Assembly (NCBI GenBank): GCA_025603075.1
Contig: MU626268.1
Span: 1 to 64,000 of the forward strand
DNA length: 64,000 bases
Origin: Neoconidiobolus thromboides FSU 785
Taxonomy: Eukaryota; Fungi; Entomophthoromycota
Direction: 5' to 3'
This document shows positions 48,901 through 58,745 of the stretch, one piece after another (within the stretch, counting starts at the first letter, position 1; each line of letters opens with the position of its first letter). The translations under genes were made by a program, and so were the position numbers. The notes below the pieces were generated by a model, which worked only from the letters and a program-made list of their open reading frames with translations, made no database searches and was not told where the DNA came from.

Positions 48901-51583
48901 AATTTTGTAGCTGAATTCTTTTGATAAATTAAATACTTTAATGATTTTCTAGATTTAAAGCATTTCCATAAACATTGAATTTGAGTTGCTGCCTTATTTT
49001 TCTTACGTATTTCCTCTTGTCGAATTATATACTTGCGTGCCAATTGTTGCATCTTTTTAGTTAATTTTTTACGTTGATCGTATTCTTCTTTTATTCTTCT
49101 ACTATGGGTAAATACACGTATTCTATTTTGTATTTTTCTACTTTCTTTCTTAGTTAATTTATATTGATTTACTGCTAAAAGTGCACGCCCAAATGATTGT
49201 AATTGTAGGGCACTAGCTCGTTTTTTTGAATATGTATTAACCTGATCCCGCATAAGAAATTGACTTTGAATGATGGTGGCCGATTTGTTTAATAGCTTAA
49301 TTTGATTCAATTCTTTTTTGCAAAGCCAGCTACGAATACTACATTGTAATTTTAATGCTGCTTGATTGTGAATGATACTAAGATCGTGTAGCATTTTAAT
49401 TGCTGAGTATCTTCTCCAAATAGATTGGATTTTAATAGCCGCTTTTTTTTTAATATGAAATTGAAGTCGGGTATTATGCATATTGTATGTTTTTTGAATA
49501 GTAGCTGACGAGATTGATTTTATAGAAAATGATCTTTTTGCTATTATTCCTCTTCTCGAATCTTGTATAATCATAGCAGCTGCTCTAATGTCATAAAATT
49601 CATCAACTTCAGGATCATGGATTACTTTAGCTTTAAATCTTCTTAATGAATTTGTAATTATTATTGAAGCTTTGTCTTCTAATTCCTGTTGACGTAATAA
49701 TCTGTTAGCTTCAGATTGTAAATTACCATAATTAAGCCACCACTGTTGAATTTTTCTCACATTTAATTCTAAATTAATTAATGTATGGATACGATTTGCT
49801 AAATAAACTACATAAATAATCACTAATTTTTCGTCGATAGCACCGTAACTTCTAAAGGAAAAAAAAGAAGGTACATCACCAAGTTGAATAATGGCTGCTT
49901 TAAGTAAATCAAAATTATGAATTACTGCTTCACGAATAGGATCTACTTTGCGCTTTTTTGGTGTCGAAAATATCAACCAATTTTTTTCAAGTACGCCTTC
50001 TTCAAGTTCTAAATAATCTTCTTTTGGCGGTGATTTTATATGTGTTGGATCTAATACATTGGGAAAATAATAAGCAATTAAATAGCAAATCGCTTGCCCA
50101 TCTTCAAAACTAGAGGTAAAATTCATAACTGGTAATTGATATAAGGCACAAATTGAAGAACACCAAGTCAATAAACCAGATAATAATGGGGAATTGAAAT
50201 AAACACCTTCTGTATTAAGATCGGGCATCGATTTTGAATAACATTTAAAATATTGTAATTTTAATTGAGCTATTTGCGATTTTATAAACTCTTCATCAAT
50301 TAAATTGGGTATCTTCCATTTTAATAGTAATGTCCATAATAATCCAATTGTTTTTTCCCGATCTCCATTCACTATATCTACTGGTTTAGTTAGTCCACCA
50401 ATCAAATATTTTGTATTAATCCCATGATAGTCTAGAAATTTGAATAATATCTTCATATTATTTAATTCATCATCAAAGTTTTTAGCTGGTATAATAATTC
50501 CCTAAATAAAATATATCAATATTAATTAAACAATAATTCGGTATATTAAATGTTAAATTACATTTGGCTTTCTATCTAAAAACTTAGAAACGAATTGAGT
50601 TAATTTGATACCATCTCTTAAATCCATAGCTAACTCAGTAATACTATATTCATATTCATCTATCGATGTTTGATAAAATTTTAAATCTAAACCCAAAATT
50701 TCAGTTATATCAGTTACATCCTTTTTCATAAATACATCTGTTAACAATGTCAGCATTTGTTTGCTTGATTTAACTTCTTTATTGATAAATAAACGTTGAT
50801 GATCTGGTATTAATTCCATTATTCTAGCTTTATCTAATAAATAAACTGTCATTAAACATTTTAAAAAAAATTGTTTTGATATTTCTAAACTGTATTGTTC
50901 TTCTGAAATTCCATTAAATAAACCCTAGGTAAATTTAACATTGAATAAAATAAAGCTTTATTATTATAAATTAAATACCTCATTAGTTAAATTGTTCGCT
51001 GTGTTTTTTTTTAATGAACCAAAAAACCCAATGTTTTCAAAACAAACTTCAATAGCTAAAGATAGCCAAAATGGATCATAATAATTAAATATTTTTAATA
51101 TATCTCTTCTTAAGCCAAAATCAATGATTATATTTAATTTGGGCTTGAAATAGCTATCTGTACTAAAGAGCTTCTCTTTTAACTTCTCAAATGTAAACTC
51201 CAATTCTTTTGATATCTTTTTTGATTTCTCGATGATCCTTATTTTTTCTAATTTGATTGTAATTCCCCCTGGACTATCGTGTTTGGCATTGAAATTTTCA
51301 AATAAATTAAATTTACAAAGTTCATAATTTAACCAGTAGCCTAAATTTTTGTTACGCTCATTATGCCAGTTGGACGACTGTGGCGCATCAACTGAATACT
51401 CTTTTTTCTTTTGGTTCTTAACTTTAGTTTGTATTATATTATTTTTTTTGGTTAAAGGAGTATTAAAGGATACTAAAAACTAGTTTTAATAAATTAACTT
51501 ATTTAATCTTTTTCAGTAGTAAATTTACCTTCCCCATTGAAATTCCTTTTAACAGATTCTTTTCCATTGTTGATACTCGCCAT
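45993..51583 (-). CDS. ASPM: Abnormal spindle (ASPM/Asp) homologue; approximate exons 51528-51583, 50979-51472, 50562-50924, 45993-50501
   Basis: YDPFWLSLAIE, DLRDGIKL, DIVNGDREKTIGLLW and NFTSSFEDG CH-domain motifs; long run of IQ motifs; C-terminal ARM-like NRTTIAL..LCNRSQPH region; start MASINNG inferred from splice sites. Confidence 0.9.
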
Positions 51584-51722
51584 GTTATCTGAATAAAAAA
51601 CAATTTTCTTTATGAATTATCCTTAATTAAAATCCTTATTTTTCTTCAGTGACGCTAGTTTGAGATCGAAAAGCCAATCATCTATTGAGTCCCATAATTT
51701 CTTAATATGGTAATAAAGATTA

Positions 51723-51903
51723 ATACCTAAAATTGATCTTTGTATTGAATTTGATGGGTAGCAAGATTTTATAATAAACAAGCTATTATCTACAAAAATT
51801 TGTTTGTTTTTAAAGTTCCTCCAACAAAACTTAAGTTACAAGTGGAACACTGTATTAAATTTTGTAGCCATAATGAGTTTTCTTTCCTTACCTCTCGTTT
51901 TTT
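51723..51903 (+). pseudogene. Decayed fragment resembling Vsr/DUF559-type endonuclease
   Basis: IPKIDLCIEFDG*QDF followed, in a shifted frame, by IKFCSHNEFSFL. Confidence 0.35.
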
Positions 51904-52009
51904 AGATATTAATATTTCTGTAAGCTCTATTTTTGAGCAAACTCAATTGTTAAAAGTGTAGAACTGTAATAGCATATAGTTATTAATAGGAGATTCCTGT
52001 TCTTTGAAA

Positions 52010-53340
52010 GTAATCCTTTGTTCATGTAATTAATAGATTCTTTGTTTTTTCTTGAAAAAGTAAAGAATTTATAGGGATACTTGATAAACTTAGTACTAGC
52101 GTTTTGGTCTAGTTTGTAGTTTAATAAAATTTAATAGTTGGGCTAATATTTTTTACTTTTAAAGGGAAAATGGATTTACAAAATCAGTAAGATATGATGG
52201 TGGATTCTAAAAACGTAACTTATTCAACCAACGTCAGCTAAGTTTAATGTAGTATTTTAATTGAATATTTGATTATGGAATTTCAATTAAATATAAAAAT
52301 GACAAATTATAACCATTATAATCAAACATTTAACTTATTTAGGGAATATTTAAATTATCTTGAAATGTTCGAACGTCATGGGGAGATGATACCAACTAAC
52401 GATGTTATTGATTATTCAAATCCATAAAAATTAAAGTCACTTATATCAAATGTAAGTTCTAATATATGGGGATATATTTTTGTGTTCAAGAATTTTACTA
52501 ACAAATTTTCCATTCAAATAACGCCTAAAAGATGGAAAAAGTGATGAAGTCAAAAAAAACACCCCATATCATTATATGGATTAAACATAATCAAAATAAA
52601 CTTTAAGGAGTTAGAATTATTAAAATTAGCTTCTGATCGCTTTGAGTGTAGGTCTACTTTTGAAGTTAGTCCAGGTATAAACTTTAATTCGGATTTAGAG
52701 TTAGAAATTAAAAGCGTTAGTTATAATGTAATATAAATTATTTTAGGGACTTGAGGCAAATAAAAAGCATCAAATTAGTGAGTGGTGTTGATTTTGAAAT
52801 AAACGACAACAATCATGATAACATAAAATTAGTTGAAAATAGCAGCTTTATAACTTTAGGTTATTTAGATCCACATTACATGTTCAGTTTTGATTTTTTA
52901 AATTAGTGATTTGAAAGAAATTTATACAGTATATTTATCCAGGAAGGCATTAGATTATATCTGCTTATTTGCAAATATTGAAATGATCCATTTTGCCAAC
53001 CTACATTTTTATGAACCAACTGATGGTTTTGAGTTTGTCCATAGTATTTTTCATATAGAATATAAGTTCATTAAATTTAAAGCTATGAAAAAAACTTCAA
53101 CTTTATAATTTTTAAGCAATAATTTAAAATTTCCTTTACTTCATATCTCTTTTTCTAAACCTTGGAATAATTAAAGTCAAAGATTTTATAACATACCAAA
53201 ATGTAGAATTCAACTTTAGGGTTACTACTCCTTTGTCACTTATCGAACCTTATTGGTATAATCATGAGACCATGCTTGATATTTTACTGGAGTACATTTC
53301 ATTATTAAACTGTGTAAAATTGGTTCCCTTGTCTATCTCC
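52010..53340 (+). pseudogene. F-box/LRR family pseudogene 4 (MITE-interrupted)
   Basis: ENGFTK, FNLFREYLNYLEMFE, NP*KLKS..LYGLNIIKINF, NFNSDLELEI, LLEYISLLNCVKL collinear with the intact neighbour; stops and frameshifts. Confidence 0.8.
52467..52566 (+). mobile_element. MITE family A copy; TA duplication restores the host reading frame
   Basis: Removing the element and one TA gives KLK-SLISNVSSNISLYG-LNIIK, gapless against KLK-LLTLDIKGILILDG-LDIIK. Confidence 0.95.
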
Positions 53341-53631
53341 TGACTTCCATAATTTATATAGCAATATGTGTTAAATGTGTATCTTAGAAGCTAATAAGTT
53401 AAGTAAAAGAATGAAACGCTGATTATAAGGAAAGTTCATTTATTTATTATTATCAATAACATACAGTTTCTTTAGTAATAATTATGATTATTTTGAAAAC
53501 AGTTTTCGGATTTATTTTTAATGATATTCTAATTACGCAGTAGTGTTCTGGTTGACATCAATTTAATTCGACTTTAAATTGAATTAAAAACCGAACTTTA
53601 GTTCTTTTTTAATTTATATTTAATTTCACAA

Positions 53632-55080
53632 ATGACATTTAAATTCGAACAATTGACTGATTTATTGCTAGAAGATATATTTAAGTTGTTACACCCAGAA
53701 GAAGCGATTGAGCTGTGCTTCTTAAGCAAAGATTTATTTAGTATAGTAAGTAGAGTAATCAGGTATAACTCAACTTACTCATTATATAATCAAAGGGGCT
53801 GTAGTAAATATTGGAGCTATCAAGAGAAATTCATTATGGAGAATGGAGAATTGATGAAGCATATAAACATAAAAAGCGAAAATATTGAATATTTAAATTA
53901 TTGTTCGAATATAAAGTCTATACATTATTTAGATAGACCTGATTACAATAGCGAGGATGACAGAGATAATAGTAATAGCGGTGCTATTAGCTATAATGAT
54001 AATATTGGTAGCAGCAACAATGATAGCAACAATACTACTGATGACATAGGTAACAATGGTGATGACATCAGTGATCGTAATAGCAAACATAATGATAATC
54101 TCAAATTAAATGCTAAGATGCCAAAATTAAAAAAGATAAGTATAGATACTAACAAGAATGGAAAGCCATTAAATTTATTTGGTGAATATTTAAGTCAACT
54201 TGAAATATTTGAATATACTGGATTTATCAGATCAATCGAAACAATTATTAAACATTTAAATCCAGATAAATTAAAGCTACTTACACTGGACATAAAGGGT
54301 ATCTTAATACTCGATGGGCTAGATATAATTAAAACAGAGTTCAATAAATTAATAGCATTAAAATTGCATGTTTTTGGCTCTATTAGCCCCTTATATGATA
54401 CTAACCATATACCTGAATTCAATTCCAATTTAGAATTAGAAATTGTTAATAATATGTTTCGTTTTAGTATTGATTACTTTCGAGATTTAAGACAGCTAAA
54501 GAGCGTAAAATTAGTTGATTATTCTACTTTTAACTTAAATATAGTCGATAACTATTGTGATTGTTTGAAATCATTTAAGAGTAGCAATATCATTGCTTTA
54601 GGCTGCTTTAACCCAGAAAAAGCAATCACTTATGATTTTTTGAAATTATCAACATTGAAAGAAGTCTACTTTAAATACATATCAAAAGGGTTATTAAGCT
54701 CAATTTCTTTACTACCAAATATTCAAACCATTTACTTTTCTAATTTACATATTTATAGTGGAATATTTGACTACGCCGCATTTAGTAAGGATAACTTTTA
54801 TAAAAACGGCTATGATTTAATCAAGTGTAAATTTATAAAGCAGATTCATATCCGTGACTATTATGTTACAATTGAAGAGTTTCTTTATCTTATATCTCTA
54901 TTCCCAAATCTTGAAGTAGTTAAAGGCACAAATTTTTTATTAGAGCAAATTGAAGTGTTAGATTATAAATATATCAAATTTACTCCTTTATTGCTTATTA
55001 AGTCTTTTGACACTTACGATAAAGATGCCATTGATGAGTTATTAAAATACATTCCATTGTTACTTTGGATTAAATTATAA
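53632..55080 (+). CDS. F-box-like N-terminus + leucine-rich-repeat protein (only intact family member)
   Basis: FEQLTDLLLEDIFKLLHPEEAIELCFLSKDL F-box-like start; LxxLxL repeats (LKKISI, LKLLTL, LKSVKL, LKEVYF, LEVVKG); 482-aa single ORF. Confidence 0.85.
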   Translation: MTFKFEQLTDLLLEDIFKLLHPEEAIELCFLSKDLFSIVSRVIRYNSTYSLYNQRGCSKYWSYQEKFIMENGELMKHINIKSENIEYLNYCSNIKSIHYLDRPDYNSEDDRDNSNSGAISYNDNIGSSNNDSNNTTDDIGNNGDDISDRNSKHNDNLKLNAKMPKLKKISIDTNKNGKPLNLFGEYLSQLEIFEYTGFIRSIETIIKHLNPDKLKLLTLDIKGILILDGLDIIKTEFNKLIALKLHVFGSISPLYDTNHIPEFNSNLELEIVNNMFRFSIDYFRDLRQLKSVKLVDYSTFNLNIVDNYCDCLKSFKSSNIIALGCFNPEKAITYDFLKLSTLKEVYFKYISKGLLSSISLLPNIQTIYFSNLHIYSGIFDYAAFSKDNFYKNGYDLIKCKFIKQIHIRDYYVTIEEFLYLISLFPNLEVVKGTNFLLEQIEVLDYKYIKFTPLLLIKSFDTYDKDAIDELLKYIPLLLWIKL

Positions 55081-55551
55081 TAAATTAGTTATATCTGGTT
55101 GTATTTTAGTATTTTTGTTATCAGATTACATTATTTGCTAATTGACAGTTTTTATATGTATGAAAATTGTATCATGATTGAACGCATAACCTTAATAATC
55201 TATATTATAGCTTAAATTAGTGCTTAATAACAGCTAAATATTTTCATTATGGTCGACTCTTAAATGTTGCATTTCATCATCTCTGGTAATGCCTATACAG
55301 CTCAATTTATGCATTGAATGACTAATCTTAATACAGAATATTTAGTATCCTTTGTATAGAAACAATACAACGTATTCTTCAAAAAGGTATTTCTCTAAAT
55401 ACTTCTACACTGCTTGATCAGTGTTGATCAAGAGTAGTAGGGTGTCCATTTTAACTACTAATTTTTGTAAAAGTTGCTTCCTTCTATAGTTAAAAAAGGC
55501 ACAATTGAAAAACAATCAAGGAGCTTGAAAAGCTTAAAAGTAGCTATTATA

Positions 55552-55648
55552 TGCCAATGTATTTTTGTGTTTAAGAATTTGACTAATAAATCTTCTATAC
55601 AATAGCGCTTAAAAGATGGAAAAAGTGATGAAACTAAAAAACATCTCG
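55552..55648 (+). mobile_element. MITE family A copy
   Basis: ATGTATTTTTGTGTTTAAGAATTTGACTAA...AATAGCGCTTAAAAGATGGAAAAAGTGATGAAACTAAAAAACATC. Confidence 0.85.
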
Positions 55649-55729
55649 CTTTGCTAAGTAAATAATTTATTAAACACTAATGCTATTTAAATCATTAATA
55701 ACTAAGTTAATAAACAGTTGAAAAGCAAG

Positions 55730-56410
55730 TATTTATAGCAAGTAAAAACTATCATATATTACTTATATTATATAAAAATAATTAATTATAGTTTTGAAGT
55801 GTGAAATATCACTTTGTCAGTTCCATGGTTAATTATAATACAACAATCACTCAAATTGTTGTGTTCTCGAGTTTAGAGGCAATCAATCCCATGCTCTTAT
55901 TTTGATTTGTTGTAAGAATTTCTAGCTTCATTCCAAAAAATATTATCCCTCATTTTGATATCCATACTAGTCAGAGTATAAAAGAGATCTTAGAACATAG
56001 TAATTCGAGATTTTTTAACCGAGTTATTCCCTGATATCTCGTACACTTAATAAAGCCACTAAGTTTTCTTAATAGTATTTTACATAAGTTCTACAGTAGT
56101 GTTCTCTATTCTATTTGTCTTACATAGTCTGTAGCCTATTACGTGCTATTCTCCACAATTCAAGTCTATCTTAGTCATATAAACTAAGACCTTTCGACTT
56201 ACAGTGTAGTCGACTAGGCAATAACTATTTTTGACTCCAATCACTAATTACCAGATTTCACAGAAACTAACCACTCTCTTATATACAGCTATTTATTAAC
56301 TTATTAATATACTAACAATATAACTATAATATTAAAATAACTTATTTATCTAATAGCAAGTTTAAAATGTTGGCTATAAAGCAGTTAATAATAAATATTT
56401 CTTAATGAAG
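55730..56410 (+). repeat. Dispersed repeat family M, split by an L element
   Basis: 55730-55799 and 56263-56410 join up to match 13960-14175. Confidence 0.7.
55800..56262 (+). mobile_element. Solo-LTR-like family L, full copy (463 bp)
   Basis: GAAG|TGTGAAATATC...CCAGATTTCACA|GAAA; TATAAAA at 55977 and AATAAA at 56049. Confidence 0.9.
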
Positions 56411-56864
56411 TTTTATAAAAAAACGTGTTTATTTACATGCAACTTTGATTAATATGAATATATAAGCTATAATAGTAAATTTCTTGTTAGTCTGGCTATT
56501 TTTGTTAAATTTAATAAAAATTCTGTTAACTTACAATATAAATTATTTTAAAATAATTTAAAATAGCGTCGAGTATTTTTGCCTTTTAATAAAGAATTTA
56601 TTTTTATAAAATTTTAAGATATTTTAAAATACAAAATGTTTAAAAATTGAATAAAATGAAACCAATTACAACACCTCTGTATACTACTTAAGTTAGCTGT
56701 TGCATTTTTTTATCAAGTATCTAAAAAACTGTATACATTTACTTATTAAAATACTTTCATAAAATAATTTAAAAGAATCAAAAACATTAGTGAATATTGA
56801 GCAAAATATTGCAAAATATTTTTTAAGTTTCTAAATAGAAATCAATAAAAAAAATTCCCCTTAT

Positions 56865-56961
56865 AGACACGTTTTTTATTAGAGAATTTAGCTAACAAAT
56901 TTTCCGATATTTTCATTATATAAAAATGAACAATCAAACAAAACTTTAAAAGACTTCCCCA
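56865..56961 (+). mobile_element. Very degenerate MITE family A copy
   Basis: GTTTTTTATTAGAGAATTTAGCTAACAAATTTTCCG...CTTCCCCAT. Confidence 0.45.
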
Positions 56962-57330
56962 TGTTTATAAATTAAACATTTACTCCATAAATTAAATATT
57001 CATTGAAATTCATCCATATTCAATTAATTCATCTTATCCAACCTACACTTTTAACTAAACCAATAAGCCTAAACAATAGTTTAAAGTTTAAAGTCCAAAA
57101 TTCAACCAAATTAATTAAAAAGATGAATATTTGAACCAATCAATGGAATTTTGACTTCTCGTACCAACTTTTTAATAACCAATGAAATGAACTAGATTTA
57201 AATTATGATAATTACTAAATATCTTAAATAGTGGCAACAGTTACAACGTTTTAATTGATAGCATAAACACTGCAGAATTCAAATTCACCTATTTTTATAA
57301 AAAATTATTCAATAGTTACAGTAATTTGCT

Positions 57331-58369
57331 ATGGTAGAACAAGGGCAATATGAGCTTGAAGGTGGAGCTTCAGAAGACAAAAGGATACCTAACGAAGTAT
57401 TATTAAATTGGGAAGGAATCAAAAATCATAATTTAAAATCGGGATTACCAACTTTAGAGCAATTATTTTCAGATAAAGCTTATCCACCATTAACAAAGCA
57501 AAATTTTATTACTTTTATACAAGAGAGAAGTGATTATGGTACATTGTTATTAATTTTTTATCAAGCAGTTCTTGATTTTGAAACTCAATGTATTAATATG
57601 GAACAAAGCTATCCACCAGCTACTTTAGATGAAAGTCAATTAATTAATGCAACAGTACCTTTCAGTAATCGACCATTAATAATAACTTCTGGTATGTCGA
57701 TGGAGCAACAAGAAACAGTATTAAATTTAAAACAAAAAAGTGAGGAAATTATCTTTGATTTTTTAAATCCAGATAGTAATCGAAGTATTGGTGTACCAAA
57801 ACAATTTTTTTTAACAGCAAAAGAAAGCTTAAATTCTAACGATATACCATGGACAAAAATATTTTCTTTAAGTAAACAATTCGCTTTCAACAAGTTAAAT
57901 GGCAATTTTTATACTAGATTTATTGATTTTTGTTTTAATTCAAATTTAACTACATCAAGTTCAAAATTATGTCTATTAGTGGGATTATTGTTATTATTAT
58001 TTGGTTTTACTTTTGCACTCACTTTGATATTCTTGGATTTAAGACCCAGCGCTTTAAGATTAGTATTAATACCTTTTGTATTAATTGGTTTAATCTTTCT
58101 CTTTTCAACCTATTTTAATTTTTTTCCAATACTTGGTATAATGGGTAAAAGGTAAATTTGGATTATAAGTAGAATTAACAAAAAAATTGATTTTATAATT
58201 TAGAGAGATTGCTTTTTTTGTAATAGAACGTATTGAAGATATTAATATTAAAAAAGCTCATTTCAAAAAAGGAGTGATTCATCTATTGATTTCCTTTGGT
58301 CTCACAATGGTTTTATCACTTATCTTTGTTTTAGTACCCGGTAACCATCTTATGAGATCCGTGAAATAA
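57331..58369 (+). CDS. RAX1: RGS-domain membrane protein Rax1; exons 57331-58151, 58204-58369
   Basis: LPTLEQLF..YPPL...F RGS-like start, three C-terminal TM segments ending LIFVLVPG. Confidence 0.82.
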
Positions 58370-58745
58370 GTATGAACAAGGCTTTGGATTTGCTAGATAG
58401 ATAGTTGTAAATGAAATTCATTCTTTTAATAGATGATAAACAAAAATTGTAGGGATCTTGTAACAAATTATTTCAACTTGATAAGTGGTGAAATATGTTA
58501 TTGAGATTCCATTGACTTTAAAGATATCGAAAATAGATATAAAGCTTAATTTAACTTACTCTTTTAACTAATAATAATTCTATAATTCAATAATAATAAA
58601 TTTTTAAGAGAAATTAATATTTGAATATTAGTATGATTTTTAACTTTATTTAATTGGTAGATATGAAACCACTAAGTAATTAACTAATAGAAAGATTGAT
58701 TGAAAGTTAGTGTAATTGTAGTCACCCAACTTTTGTTAAAAAAAC

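Noticed and set aside
55413-55432. CTTGATCA-GTGT-TGATCAAG mini-hairpin
   Set aside because: Single 8-bp stem with no context; compatible with chance in 64 kb.
3584-56961. The ~100-bp repeat as a CRISPR array or tRNA-derived SINE
   Set aside because: Copies are dispersed, in both orientations and have TIRs with no regular spacers. GTGTTCAAG in two copies is not a proper B box, and there is no A box or tail.
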